From Octopus sinensis (Eukaryota), in contig NW_021824445.1 of the NCBI RefSeq assembly GCF_006345805.1, forward strand, positions 1 through 18,661: a DNA stretch of 18,661 nucleotides, read 5' to 3'. The notes beneath the pieces are model-generated. The model was given only the letters and a program-made list of their open reading frames with translations, was not told the origin of the DNA and did no database searches. Positions 1 to 10,771 of the stretch are shown in pieces. The position numbers were made by a program, and so were the translations under genes. Position 1 is the stretch's first letter. Every line of letters starts with the position of its first letter.

Positions 1-4
1 TAAC

Positions 5-44
5 CCAGCAGGCCGCAATTTATGACTGAAACAATTAAAAAAAG
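5..44 (+). mobile_element. 3' tail of a SINE cut by the window edge (same family as 450-852 and 1060-1448)
   Basis: ccagcaggccgcaatttatgactgaaacaattaaaa matches the tail ccagcatggcc(a/g)cagtcaaatgactgaaac seen at ~813-842 and ~1412-1441. Confidence 0.75.
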
Positions 45-449
45 AAGAAGCAATATACGAAAATTGTCATCGATGTCAACAACTTCTCCGTCCCGCTTTC
101 CACACATTCAGCGAAACAGAAATGAAAGCACACACACACACACCACACACACACACCACACATATTGGCTGACCCACACACTCATACAATTTCTTCAGAA
201 TGTCACGGTTTTAAGGTCAACATTTTAAAAGCATAAATAGCTACGAGTGTGCGTCTTTGCATGTATCTATATGTGTGGGTGTTTGTGCGTGTTTGAGCAC
301 AGTCCACCCATACCCAAGGTGGTCGCATCGTCTCATTTGACCCAGCCACGAAATTTTTTTTCTCCCTCGAGTGTTCCGGATCCCATTAATGAACTAATTT
401 GCATACAACCAGTCAGAGCTCACCTTCAACTTGTTGTCAGGTTAATAAA

Positions 450-852
450 CAGGAGTGTCTGTATGGGAAGTAGCTCGCTTACCAACCACATGATTCCGTG
501 TTCAATCCCACTACGTGGCACCATGGGCAAATGTCTTCTACCATAGCCTACGGACCGACCAAAGCTTTGTCAGTGGATTTTGTTCACGGAAACAGAAGGA
601 AGCCTGTCGTATATATGAATATATATATGTATGTATGTGTGTGTGTGTATGTTACTGTGTCTGTGTTTGTCCTCCCAACATAGTTTCACAACCGATGGTG
701 GTGTGTTTGCGTCCCCATAACTTAGCGGTTCGGTATATGAGACCGATAGAATAAGTACTAGGTTAACAAATAATAGGTCCTCGGGTCGATCTACTGGACA
801 AAAGTCGGTGCTCCAGCATGGCCACAGTCAAATGACTGAAACATGTAAAAGA
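450..852 (+). mobile_element. tRNA-derived SINE, diverged copy 1 (internal TA/TG microsatellite)
   Basis: Colinear over its whole length with the copy at 1060-1448. Has a degenerate B box (gtgttcaatcc, ~498-508), a CORE-like atgggcaaatgtctt and the tail hairpin cagtc-aaat-gactg, followed by (TA)n. Confidence 0.85.
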
Positions 853-853
853 G

Positions 854-871
854 TATACATATATATAGAAC

Positions 872-943
<72 letters not shown>

Positions 944-1003
944 TATATACATACAACCATATATGTATACATATATATATGTATACATATAATATATATA
1001 TAT
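854..1003. repeat. (TA)n microsatellite
   Basis: Directly visible imperfect TA run between the two SINE copies. Confidence 0.95.
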
Positions 1004-1059
1004 ATGGTTTAATTCGGAATGGTCATTTTGCCAGTTTAGGCAATAAATATATAAACATA

Positions 1060-1448
1060 GTCGCTGGAGTGGCAGTGTGGCTTGCTAACCAACCACATGG
1101 TTCCGGGTTCAGTCCCACTGCGTGGCATCTTGGGCAAGTGTCTTCTGCTATAGCCCCGGGCCGACCAAAGCCTTTTGAGTGGATTTGGTAGACGGAAACT
1201 GAAAGAAGCCTATCGTATACATGTACATATATATATATATGTATGTGTGTGTTTGTGTGTCTGTGTTTGTCCTCCTAGCATTGCTTGACAACCGATGCTG
1301 GTGTGTGTACGTCCCCGTCACTTAGCGGTTCGGCAAAAGAGACCGATAGAATAAGTACTGGGCTTACAAAGAAAAGTCCCGGGGTCGATTTGCTCGACTA
1401 AAGCTGGTGCTCCAGCATGGCCGCAGTCAAATGACTGAAACAGTAAAA
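1060..1448 (+). mobile_element. tRNA-derived SINE, copy 2
   Basis: A-box-like tggcagtgtgg, B box gggttcagtcc (1105-1115), CORE-like ttgggcaagtgtctt, internal microsatellite and tail ctccagcatggccgcagtcaaatgactgaaac. About 7 bp are missing after the A box relative to copy 1. Confidence 0.88.
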
Positions 1449-1628
1449 TATAATATATATATTATATTAGATATAGATATATAGATATATATTATATGTA
1501 TCTATATATCTATCTATCTATTTATCTATCTATCTTTATATATACCTTTATAAATGTCTATATATCTTCATACATACATACATACATACATACATACATA
1601 CATACATACATACATACATACATACATA
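1449..1628. repeat. Compound microsatellite (TA/TAGA/TATC) ending in perfect (CATA)n at 1569-1628
   Basis: Directly visible. Confidence 0.95.
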
Positions 1629-1916
1629 GGTGTATATACTCAGACACGCATATCTGAAACAAAATAATAACAAAGGTTTGTACTAGATATTGTTATTACT
1701 TTATATAGTTGTGGTGTGTAATTAAATGTAAATTATAAGCTAGTCGATGTTTAATTGTTAAAGGTATCAGCAGGAAGCTTGCATGCGTATGTGTGTCTGT
1801 TGGTGCGCCAATGCTCGTGTCCCCTTCGCAAGCGAAAAACGAGCCCATTTTAATTCGAAACTCTCACGTCGTTTTTATATGACCCAAGGGAAGTGATTCT
1901 AGATGTTATTTTTTAA

Positions 1917-1983
1917 ACCCTCCAGCCTTCATCAGGTGTCTTGGGGAAATTTGAAACCTGAGTTCACATTCCTAAGGTATTTT
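1917..1983 (-). mobile_element. Fragment of a dispersed repeat carrying the 5' half of a hammerhead core
   Basis: The minus strand reads gacac-CTGATGA-aggctggagggt (CTGATGA = 1935-1929), but no GAAA half follows. Assignment to a Penelope-type terminal repeat is inference from recollection of similar repeats. Confidence 0.35.
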
Positions 1984-2008
1984 TATGTACCTGTATCTAT
2001 AGTTATAT

Positions 2009-2082
2009 TTCTCTCTCTCTCTCTCTCTCCCCGCACACATATATGTATATATACAGATAGATAGATAGATAGATAGATAGAC
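2009..2082. repeat. (CT)n, (TA)n and (GATA)n microsatellites
   Basis: Directly visible. Confidence 0.9.
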
Positions 2083-2167
2083 AGAGAAGTATAAACACAA
2101 GTAGTGTGTATGTTCATACACTTCTTGTGCGCCTGTATGAATAGCAGACAATAACAAAAGAAAATCC

Positions 2168-2489
2168 AAAAAATTAACGAGAAATATCATAGAAGCCAGA
2201 ATATTTTTTGTCTTTGGAAAAGGTGAAGATATATTTATGCCTCACTTAAGTTTAATACCTTCAAATATTCCCTTCGAACTCAAACGACTTAAATTTCCAA
2301 TACGTCAGTCTCTTGCGATGTCCATTGATAAGTACCAAGATCAGACGTTCAAAGTTACTTCTTTGCAATTAGAGAAGGCTTGTTTTTCACACAGACATAT
2401 CCTGGGGTTCCAGAGTGGGGAGCAAAGACAATTTTTTCATTTTCACCCCTACAGCTAAAACTCAAACCAATGTCTATAAGGACGTTTTT
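2168..2489 (+). pseudogene. Decayed C-terminal fragment of a Pif1-family helicase, most likely a Helitron RepHel remnant
   Basis: Manual translation gives KKLTRNIIEARIFFVFGKGEDIFMPHLSLIPSNIPFELKRLKFPIRQSLAMSIDKYQDQTFKVTSLQLEKACFSHRHI, then a frameshift near 2400, then GSRVGSKDNFFIFTPTAKTQTNVYKDVF. This follows the Helitron/Pif1 pattern NVIEA..[57 protein letters not shown]. Motifs V and VI are damaged. Confidence 0.85.
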
Positions 2490-2666
2490 AGCATGGGATC
2501 AACGGACAAGATTTGCAGAATGAATAAAAACTTTGAATTGAAATTGTCAACGCAACACTATATTCGCATAAGAAAATGTGTTTCTATTTTATGGTTGTTC
2601 TAATACTGAAGTTCAATAATTCCGTTGTGTCTGGAGAGAATCATTTTCTTTTTGTGCCTTATTGTG

Positions 2667-2787
2667 TAAAACACTCACCGGTAAAATTCCCACTTTTTTC
2701 TTATTTTTATTGTCCTAAAATTTTCGTTGCGTCTTGCAACCTATATACATATGTATGTATTTATATATATACATATATATATATATC

Positions 2788-2823
<36 letters not shown>

Positions 2824-2880
2824 GGTTGCAAGTACAATAAAAATAAGAAAAAAGTGGGAAATTTACCGGTGAGTGTTTTA
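2667..2880. repeat. Inverted repeat (fold-back / MITE-like) enclosing a (TA)n tract
   Basis: 2667-2713 is the reverse complement of 2834-2880 (47 bp, 1 mismatch). Inner arms cttgcaacctat (2733-2744) and ataggttgcaag (2821-2832) also pair. The left arm has ~19 extra bp. Confidence 0.92.
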
Positions 2881-2891
2881 TATTATAACAT

Positions 2892-5800
2892 CCGAAGGGA
2901 TGAAAGGCAAAGTCGACCTCGGCGGAATTTGAACCCAGAACGTAACAGTAGACGAAATACCTATTTCTTTACTACCCATAAGGGGATAAACACAGAGAGG
3001 ACAAACAAGGACAGACAAACGGATTAAGTCGACTATATCGACCCCAGTGCGTAACTGGTACTTATTTAATGGACCCCGAAAGGATGAAAGGCAAAGTCGA
3101 CCTCGGCGGAATTTGAACTCATAACGTAACGGCAGACGAAATACCTATTTCTTTACTACCCACAGGGGCTAAACACAGACGGAACAAACAAGGACAGACA
3201 AACGGATTAAGTCGACTATATCGACCCCAGTGCGTAACTGGTACTTATTTAATGGACCCTGAAAGGATGAAAAGGCAAGTCGACCTCGGCGGAAGTTGAA
3301 CTCAGAACGTAACAGCAGACGAAATACCTATTTCTTTATACCCACAAGGTGCTAAACACAGAGAGGACAAACAAGGACAGACAAACGGATTAAGTCGACT
3401 ATATCGACCCCAGTGCGTAACTGGTACTTATTTAATGGACCCCGAAAGGATGAAAAGGCAAGTCGACCTCGCGGAATTTGAACTCATAACGTAACGGCAG
3501 ACGAAATACCTATTTCTTACTACCCACAGGGGCTAACACAGACGGAACAAACAAGGATAGACAAATGGATTAAGTCGACTATATCGACCCCAGTGCGTAC
3601 TGGTACTTATTAATGGACCCCGAAAGGATGAAAAGGCAAGTCGACCTCGGCGGAATTGAACTCAGAACGAACGGGCAGACGAAGTACCTATTTCTTTACT
3701 ACCCACAAGGGTTTAAACACAGACAGGACAAACAAGGACAGACAAACGGATTAAGTCGTCTGTATCGACCCCAGTGCGTAACTGGTACTTATTTAATGGA
3801 CCCCGAAAGGATGAAAGGCAAAGTCGACCTCGCGGAATTGAACTCAGAACGTAACGGCAGATGAAATACCTATTTCTTTACTACCCACAAGGGGCTAAAC
3901 ACAGAGGGGACAAACAAGGACAGACAAACGGATTAAGTCGATTATATCGACCCCAGTGCGTAACTGGTACTTATTTAATGGACCCCGAAAGGATGAAAAG
4001 GCAAGTTGACCTCGGCGGAATTTGAACTCAGAACGTAACGGCAGACGAAATACCTATTTCTTTACTACCCATAAGGGGATGAACACAGACGGGACAAACA
4101 AGGACAGACAAACGAATTAAGTCGACTATATCGACCCCAGTGCGTAACTGGTACTTTTTAATGGACCCCGAAAGGATGAAAGGCAAAGTCGACCTCGGCG
4201 GAATTTGAACTCAGAACGTAAGGGCAGACGAAATACCTATTTCTTTACTACCCACAGGGGCTAACACAGAGAGAGACAAACAAGGACAGACAAACGGATT
4301 AAGTCGACTATATCGACCCCAGTGCGTAACTGGTACTTATTTAATGGACCCCGAAAGGATGAAAAGCAAAGTCGACATCGGCGGAATTTGAACCCAGAAC
4401 GTAACGGCAGACGAAATACCTATTTCTTTACTACCCATAAGGGGATAAACACAGAGGTGACAAACAAGGACAGACAAACGGATTAAGTCGATTATATCGA
4501 CCCCAGTGCGTAACTGGTACTTATTTAATGGACCCCGAAAGGATGAAAGGCAAAGTCGACCTCGGCGGAATTTGAACTCAGAACGTAACGGCAGATGAAA
4601 TACCTATTTCTTTACTACCACAAGGGGCTAAACACAGAGAAGAAACAAGGACAGACAAACGGATTAAGTCGATTATATCGACCCCAGTGCGTAACTGGTA
4701 CTTATTTAATGGACCCCGAAAGAATGAAAAGCAAAGTCGACCTCGGCGGAATTTGAACTCAGAACGTAACGGCAGACGAAATACCTATTCTTTACTACCC
4801 ACAGGGGCTAAACACAGACGGAACAATCAAGGACAGACAAACGGATTAAGTCGTCTATATCGACCCCAGTGCGTAACTGGTACTTATTTAATGGACCACG
4901 AAAGAATGAAAGGCAAAGTCGACCTCGGCGGAATTTGAACTCAGAACGTAACGGCAGACGAAATACCTATTTCTTTACTACCCACAAGGGGCTAAACACA
5001 GAGAGGACAAACAAGGACAGACAAACGGATTAAGTCGTCTATATCGACCCCAGTGCGTAACTGGTACTTATTTAATGAGACCCGAAAGGATGAAAGGCAA
5101 AGTCGACCTCGGCGGAATTTGAACTCAGACGTAAGGGCAGACGAAATACCTATTCTTTACTACCCACAAGGGGCTAAACACAGAGAAGACAAACAAGGAC
5201 AGACAAACGGATTAAGTCGTCTGTATCGACCCCGGTGCGTAACTGGTACTTATTTAATGGACCCCGAAAGGATGAAAGGCAAAGTCGACCTCGGCGGAAT
5301 TTGAACTCAGAACGTAACGGCAGATGAAATACCTCTTTCTTTACTACCCATAAGGGGCTAAACACAGAGAGGACAAACAAGGACAGACAAACCGATTAAG
5401 TCGTCTATAACGACCCTAGTGCGTAACTGGTACTTATTTAATGGACCCCGAAAGAATGAAAAGCAAAGTCGACCTCGGCGGAATTTGAACTCAGAACGTA
5501 ACGGCAGACGAAATACCTATTTCTTTACTACCCAGAAGGGGCTAAACACAGACGGAACAAACAAGGACAGACAAACGGATTAAGTCGTCTATATCGACCC
5601 CAGTGCGTAACTGGTACTTATTTAATGGACCACGAAAGAATTAATGGCAAAGTCGACCTCGGGGGAATTTGAACTCAGAACGTAAGGTCAGACGAAATAC
5701 CTATTTCTTTACTACCCACAAGGGGCTAAACACAGAGAGGACAAACAAGGACAGACAAACGGATTAAATCGTCTGTATCGACCCCAGAGCGTAACTGGTA

Positions 5801-8800
5801 CTTATTTAATGGACCCCAAAAGGATGAAAGGCAAAGTCGACCTCGGCGGAATTTGAACTCAGAACGTAACGGCAGATGAAATACCTATTTCTTTACTACC
5901 CACAAGGGGCTAAACACAGAGAGGACAAACAAGGACAGACAAACGGATTAAGTCGACTATATCGACCCCAGTGCGTAACTGGTACTTATTTAATGGAACC
6001 CGAAAGGATGAAAAGCAAAGTCGACATCGGCGGAATTTGAACCCAGAACGTAACGGCAGACGAAATACCTATTTCTTTACTACCCATAAGGGGATAAACA
6101 CAGAGGTGACAAACAAGGACAGACAAACGGATTAAGTCGATTATATCGACCCCAGTGCGTAGCTGGTACTTAATTTGTCGACTCCGAAAAAACGAAAGGC
6201 AAAGTCGACCTCGGCGGAATTTGAACCCAGAACGTAACGGCAGACGAAATACCTATTTCTTTATAACCCACAGGGGCTAAACACAGACGGGACAAACAAG
6301 GACAGACAAACGGATTAAGTCGTCTGTATCGACTCCAGTGCGTAACTGGTACTTATTTAATGGACCCCGAAATGATGAAAGGCAAAGTTGACCTCGGCGG
6401 AATTTGAACTCAGAACGTAACGGCAGACGAAATACCTATTTCTTTACTACCCATAAGGGGATAAACACAGACGGGACAAACAAGGACAGACAAACGGATT
6501 AAGTCGACTATATCGACCCCAGTGCGTAACTGGTACTTATTTAATGGACCCTGAAAGGATGAAAGGCAAAGGCAACCTCGGCGGAATTTGAACTCAGAAC
6601 GTAAGGGCAGACGAAATACCTATTTCTTTACTACCCACAAGGGGCTAAACACAGAGAAGACAAACAAGGACAGACAAACGGATTAAGTCGTCTGTATCGA
6701 CCCCAGTGCGTAACTGGTACTTATTTAATGGACCCCGAAAGGATGAAAGGCAAAGTCGACCTCGGCGGAATTTGAACTCAGAACGTAAGGGCAGACGAAA
6801 TACCTATTTCTTTACTACCCACAAGGGGCTAAACACAGAGAGGACAAACAAGGACAGACAAACGGATTAAATCGTCTGTATCGACCCCAGAGCGTAACTG
6901 GTACTTATTTAATGGACCCTGAAAGGATGAAAGGCAAAGTCGACCTCGGCGGAATTTGAACTCAGAACGTAACGGCAGAGGAAATACCTATTTCTTTACT
7001 ACCCACAAGGGGCTAAACACAGAGGGGACAAACAAGGACAGACAAACGGATTAAGTCGATTATATCGACCCCAGTGCGTAACTGGTACTTATTTAATGGA
7101 CCCCGAAAGAATGAAAAGCAAAGTCGACCTCGGCGGAATTTGAACTCAGAACGTAACGGCAGACGAAATACCTATTTCTTTAGTACCCACAGGGGCTAAA
7201 CACAGACGGGAAAAACAAGGACAGACAAACGGATTAAGTCGTCTATATCGACCCCAGTGCGTAACTGGTACTTATTTAATGGACCCCGAAAGTATGAAAG
7301 GCAAAGTTGACCTCGGCGGAATTTGAACTCAGAACGTAACGGCAGACGAAATACCTATTTCTTTACTACCCATAAGGGGATAAACACAGACGGGACAAAC
7401 AAGGACAGACAAACGGATTAAGTCGACTATATCGACCCCAGTGCGTAACTGGTACTTATTTAATGGACCCGGAAAGGATGAAAGGCAAAGTCGACCTCGG
7501 CGGAATTTGAACTCAGAACGTAAGGGCAGACGAAATACCTATTTCTTTACTACCCACAAGGGGCTAAACACAGAGAAGACAAACAAGGACAGACAAACGG
7601 ATTAAGTCGTCTGTATCGACCCCAGTGCGTAACTGGTACTTATTTAATGGACCACGAAAGGATGAAAGGCAAAGTCGACCTCGGCGGAATTTGAACTCAG
7701 AATGTAACGGCAGACGAAATACCTATTTCTTTACTACCCACAGGGGCTAAACACAGAGAGGACAAACAAGGACAGACAAACGGATTAAGTCGTCTATATC
7801 GACCCTAGTGCGTAACTGGTACTTATTTAATGGACCCCGAAAGAATGAAAAGCAAAGTCGACCTCGGCGGAATTTGAACTCAGAACGTAACGGCAGACGA
7901 AATACCTATTTCTTTACTACCCACAGGGGCTAAACACAGACGGAACAAACAAGGACAGACAAACGGATTAAGTCGATTATATCGACCCCAGTGCGTAACT
8001 GGTACTTATTTAATGGACCCCGAAAGGATGAAAGGCAAAGTTGACCTCGGCGGAATTTGAACTCAGAACGTAACGGCAGACGAAATACCTATTTCTTTAC
8101 TACCCATAAGGGGATGAACACAGACGGGACAAACAAGGACAGACAAACGAATTAAGTCGACTATATCGACCCCAGTGCGTAACTGGTACTTATTTAATGG
8201 ACCCCGAAAGGATGAAAGGCAAAGTCGACCTCGGCGGAATTTGAACTCAGAACGTAAGGGCAGACGAAATACCTATTTCTTTACTACCCACAAGGGGCTA
8301 AACACAGAGAGGACAAACAAGGACAGACAAACGGATTAAGTCGACTATATCGACCCCAGTGCGTAACTGGTACTTATTTAATGGACCCCGAAAGGATGAA
8401 AAGCAAAGTCGACATCGGCGGAATTTGAACCCAGAACGTAACGGCAGACGAAATACCTATTTCTTTACTACCCATAAGGGGATAAACACAGAGGTGACAA
8501 ACAAGGACAGACAAACGGATTAAGTCGATTATATCGACCCCAGTGCGTAACTGGTACTTATTTAATGGACCCCGAAAGGATGAAAGGCAAAGTCGACCTC
8601 GGCGGAATTTGAACTCAGAACGTAACGGCAGATGAAATACCTATTTCTTTACTACCCACAAGGGGCTAAACACAGAGAAGACAAACAAGGACAGACAAAC
8701 GGATTAAGTCGATTATATCGACCCCAGTGCGTAACTGGTACTTATTTAATGGACCCCGAAAGAATGAAAAGCAAAGTCGACCTCGGCGGAATTTGAACTC

Positions 8801-10435
8801 AGAACGTAACGGCAGACGAAATACCTATTTCTTTACTACCCACAGGGGCTAAACACAGACGGAACAATCAAGGACAGACAAACGGATTAAGTCGTCTATA
8901 TCGACCCCAGTGCGTAACTGGTACTTATTTAATGGACCACGAAAGAATGAAAGGCAAAGTCGACCTCGGCGGAATTTGAACTCAGAACGTAACGGCAGAC
9001 GAAATACCTATTTCTTTACTACCCACAAGGGGCTAAACACAGAGAGGACAAACAAGGACAGACAAACGGATTAAGTCGTCTATATCGACCCCAGTGCGTA
9101 ACTGGTACTTATTTAATGGACCCCGAAAGGATGAAAGGCAAAGTCGACCTCGGCGGAATTTGAACTCAGAACGTAACGGCAGATGAAATACCTAGTTCTT
9201 TACTACCCATAAGGGGATAAACACAGAGGTGACAAACAGGGATAGACACACGGATTAAGTCGTCTATATCGACCCCAGTGCGTAACTGGTACTTATTTAA
9301 TGGACCCCGAAAGGATGAAAAGCAAAGTCGACCTCGGCTGAATTTGAACCCAGAACGTAACGGCAGACGAAATACCTATTTCTTTACTACCCATAAGGGG
9401 ATAAACACAGAGGTGACAAACAAGGACAGACAAACGGATTAAGTCGATTATATCGACCCCAGTGCGTAGCTGGTACTTAATTTGTCGACTCCGAAAGGAA
9501 GAAAGACAAAGTCGACCCCGGCGGAATTTGAACCCAGAACGTCACGGCAGACGAAATACCTATTTCTTTACTACCCACAAGGGGCTAAACACAGAGAGGA
9601 CAAACACGGACAGACAAACGGATTAAGTCGTCTATATCGACCCCAGTGCGTAACTGGTACTTATTTAATGGACCCCGAAAGAATGAAAAGCAAAGTCGAC
9701 CTCGGCGGAATTTGAACTCAGAACGTAACGGCAGACGAAATACCTATTTCTTTACTACCCACAGGGGCTAAACACAGACGGGACAAACAAGGACAGACAA
9801 ACGGATTAAGTCGTCTATATCGACTCCAGTGCGTAACTGGTACTTATTTAATGGACCCCGAAAGGATGAAAGGCAAAGTTGACCTCGGCGGAATTTGAAC
9901 TCAGAACGTAACGGCAGACGAAATACCTATTTCTTTACTACCCATAAGGGGATAAACACAGACGGGACAAACAAGGACAGACAAACGGATTAAGTCGTCT
10001 GTATCGACCCCAGTGCGTAACTGGTACTTATTTAATGGACCCTGAAAGGATGAAAGGCAAAGTCGACCTCGGCGGAATTTGAACTCAGAACGTAACGGCA
10101 GATGAAATACCTATTTCTCTACTACCCACAAGGGGCTAAACACAGAGAGGACAAACAAGGACAGACAAACGGATTAAGTCGTCTATATCGACCCTAGTGC
10201 GTAACTGGTACTTATTTAATGGACCCCGAAAGAATGAAAAGCAAAGTCGACCTCGGCGGAATTTGAACTCAGAACGTAACGGCAGACGAAATACCTATTT
10301 CTTTACTACCCACAGGGGCTAAACACAGACGGAACAAACAAGGACAGCCAAACGGATTAAGTCGTCTATATCGACCCCAGTGCGTAACTGGTACTTATTA
10401 ATGGACCACGAAAGAATGAAAGGCAAAGTCGACCT
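2892..10435 (-). repeat. Tandem satellite array, ~41 copies of a 184-bp monomer derived from a 5'-truncated tRNA-SINE (SINE sense = minus strand)
   Basis: Period measured directly (ggatg at 2898 and 3082; ccccgaaagg at 9121 and 9305). The minus-strand monomer has a B box gagttcaaattcc followed by gaggtcgactttgcctttcatcctttcggggtc...aataagtaccag, which from memory resembles the Meta/MESC-type conserved SINE domain. No A box is seen. Confidence 0.95.
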
Positions 10436-10771
10436 TTTGTTTTTTGTAGCATAGTTACAATTTTGAAAGACTAGATGGCAGTTTAGTTGCTCCCTTATTT
10501 ATTTATTTATCTATGTGCTAGGGGTTGATTGTAGATATGTTTGTATACAAGTGTATGTGTGTGTGTACATGTAATTATGTATGTATGTGCGTTTGATCCA
10601 TGGATGTGCGTGTGCGTATATGCGTTTCTTGACTAACCAACCGTAAAATTTCTTTCGTGATTCAAATTTCAAACTACAAGCCAATCGAATTAATCGAGAA
10701 TAATCAATTCCAAGCGGACAGACTAACTTAACTCATAGTTTATCAATTTTGAAAGGATGGACTTGTTACAA

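Noticed and set aside
397-404. Octamer motif ATTTGCAT as a regulatory site
   Set aside because: A single 8-mer in probable repeat-derived DNA with no linked gene or snRNA is not supportable.
825-850. SINE tail agtc-aaat-gact-GAAAC-at-GTA as a hammerhead 3' half
   Set aside because: There is no CUGANGA upstream in any of the three copies and the stem III palindrome is not conserved. It is better explained as a LINE-recognition tail hairpin.
2892-10435. CRISPR array or repeated protein-coding ORFs in the tandem array
   Set aside because: Whole 184-bp monomers repeat with no unique spacers and there are no cas genes. The ORFs appear only where sporadic indels or substitutions remove stops.
2892-10435. 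Hammerhead ribozyme in the 184-bp monomer (retrozyme-sized unit)
   Set aside because: I found no CUGANGA on either strand of the consensus monomer. ggatgaaagg and cgaaa do not form the required three-way junction.
10735-10762. tttatcaattttgaaaggatgg as a continuation of the array
   Set aside because: Only a short degenerate match 300 bp past the array end. At most it is an old SINE fragment, too weak to annotate.
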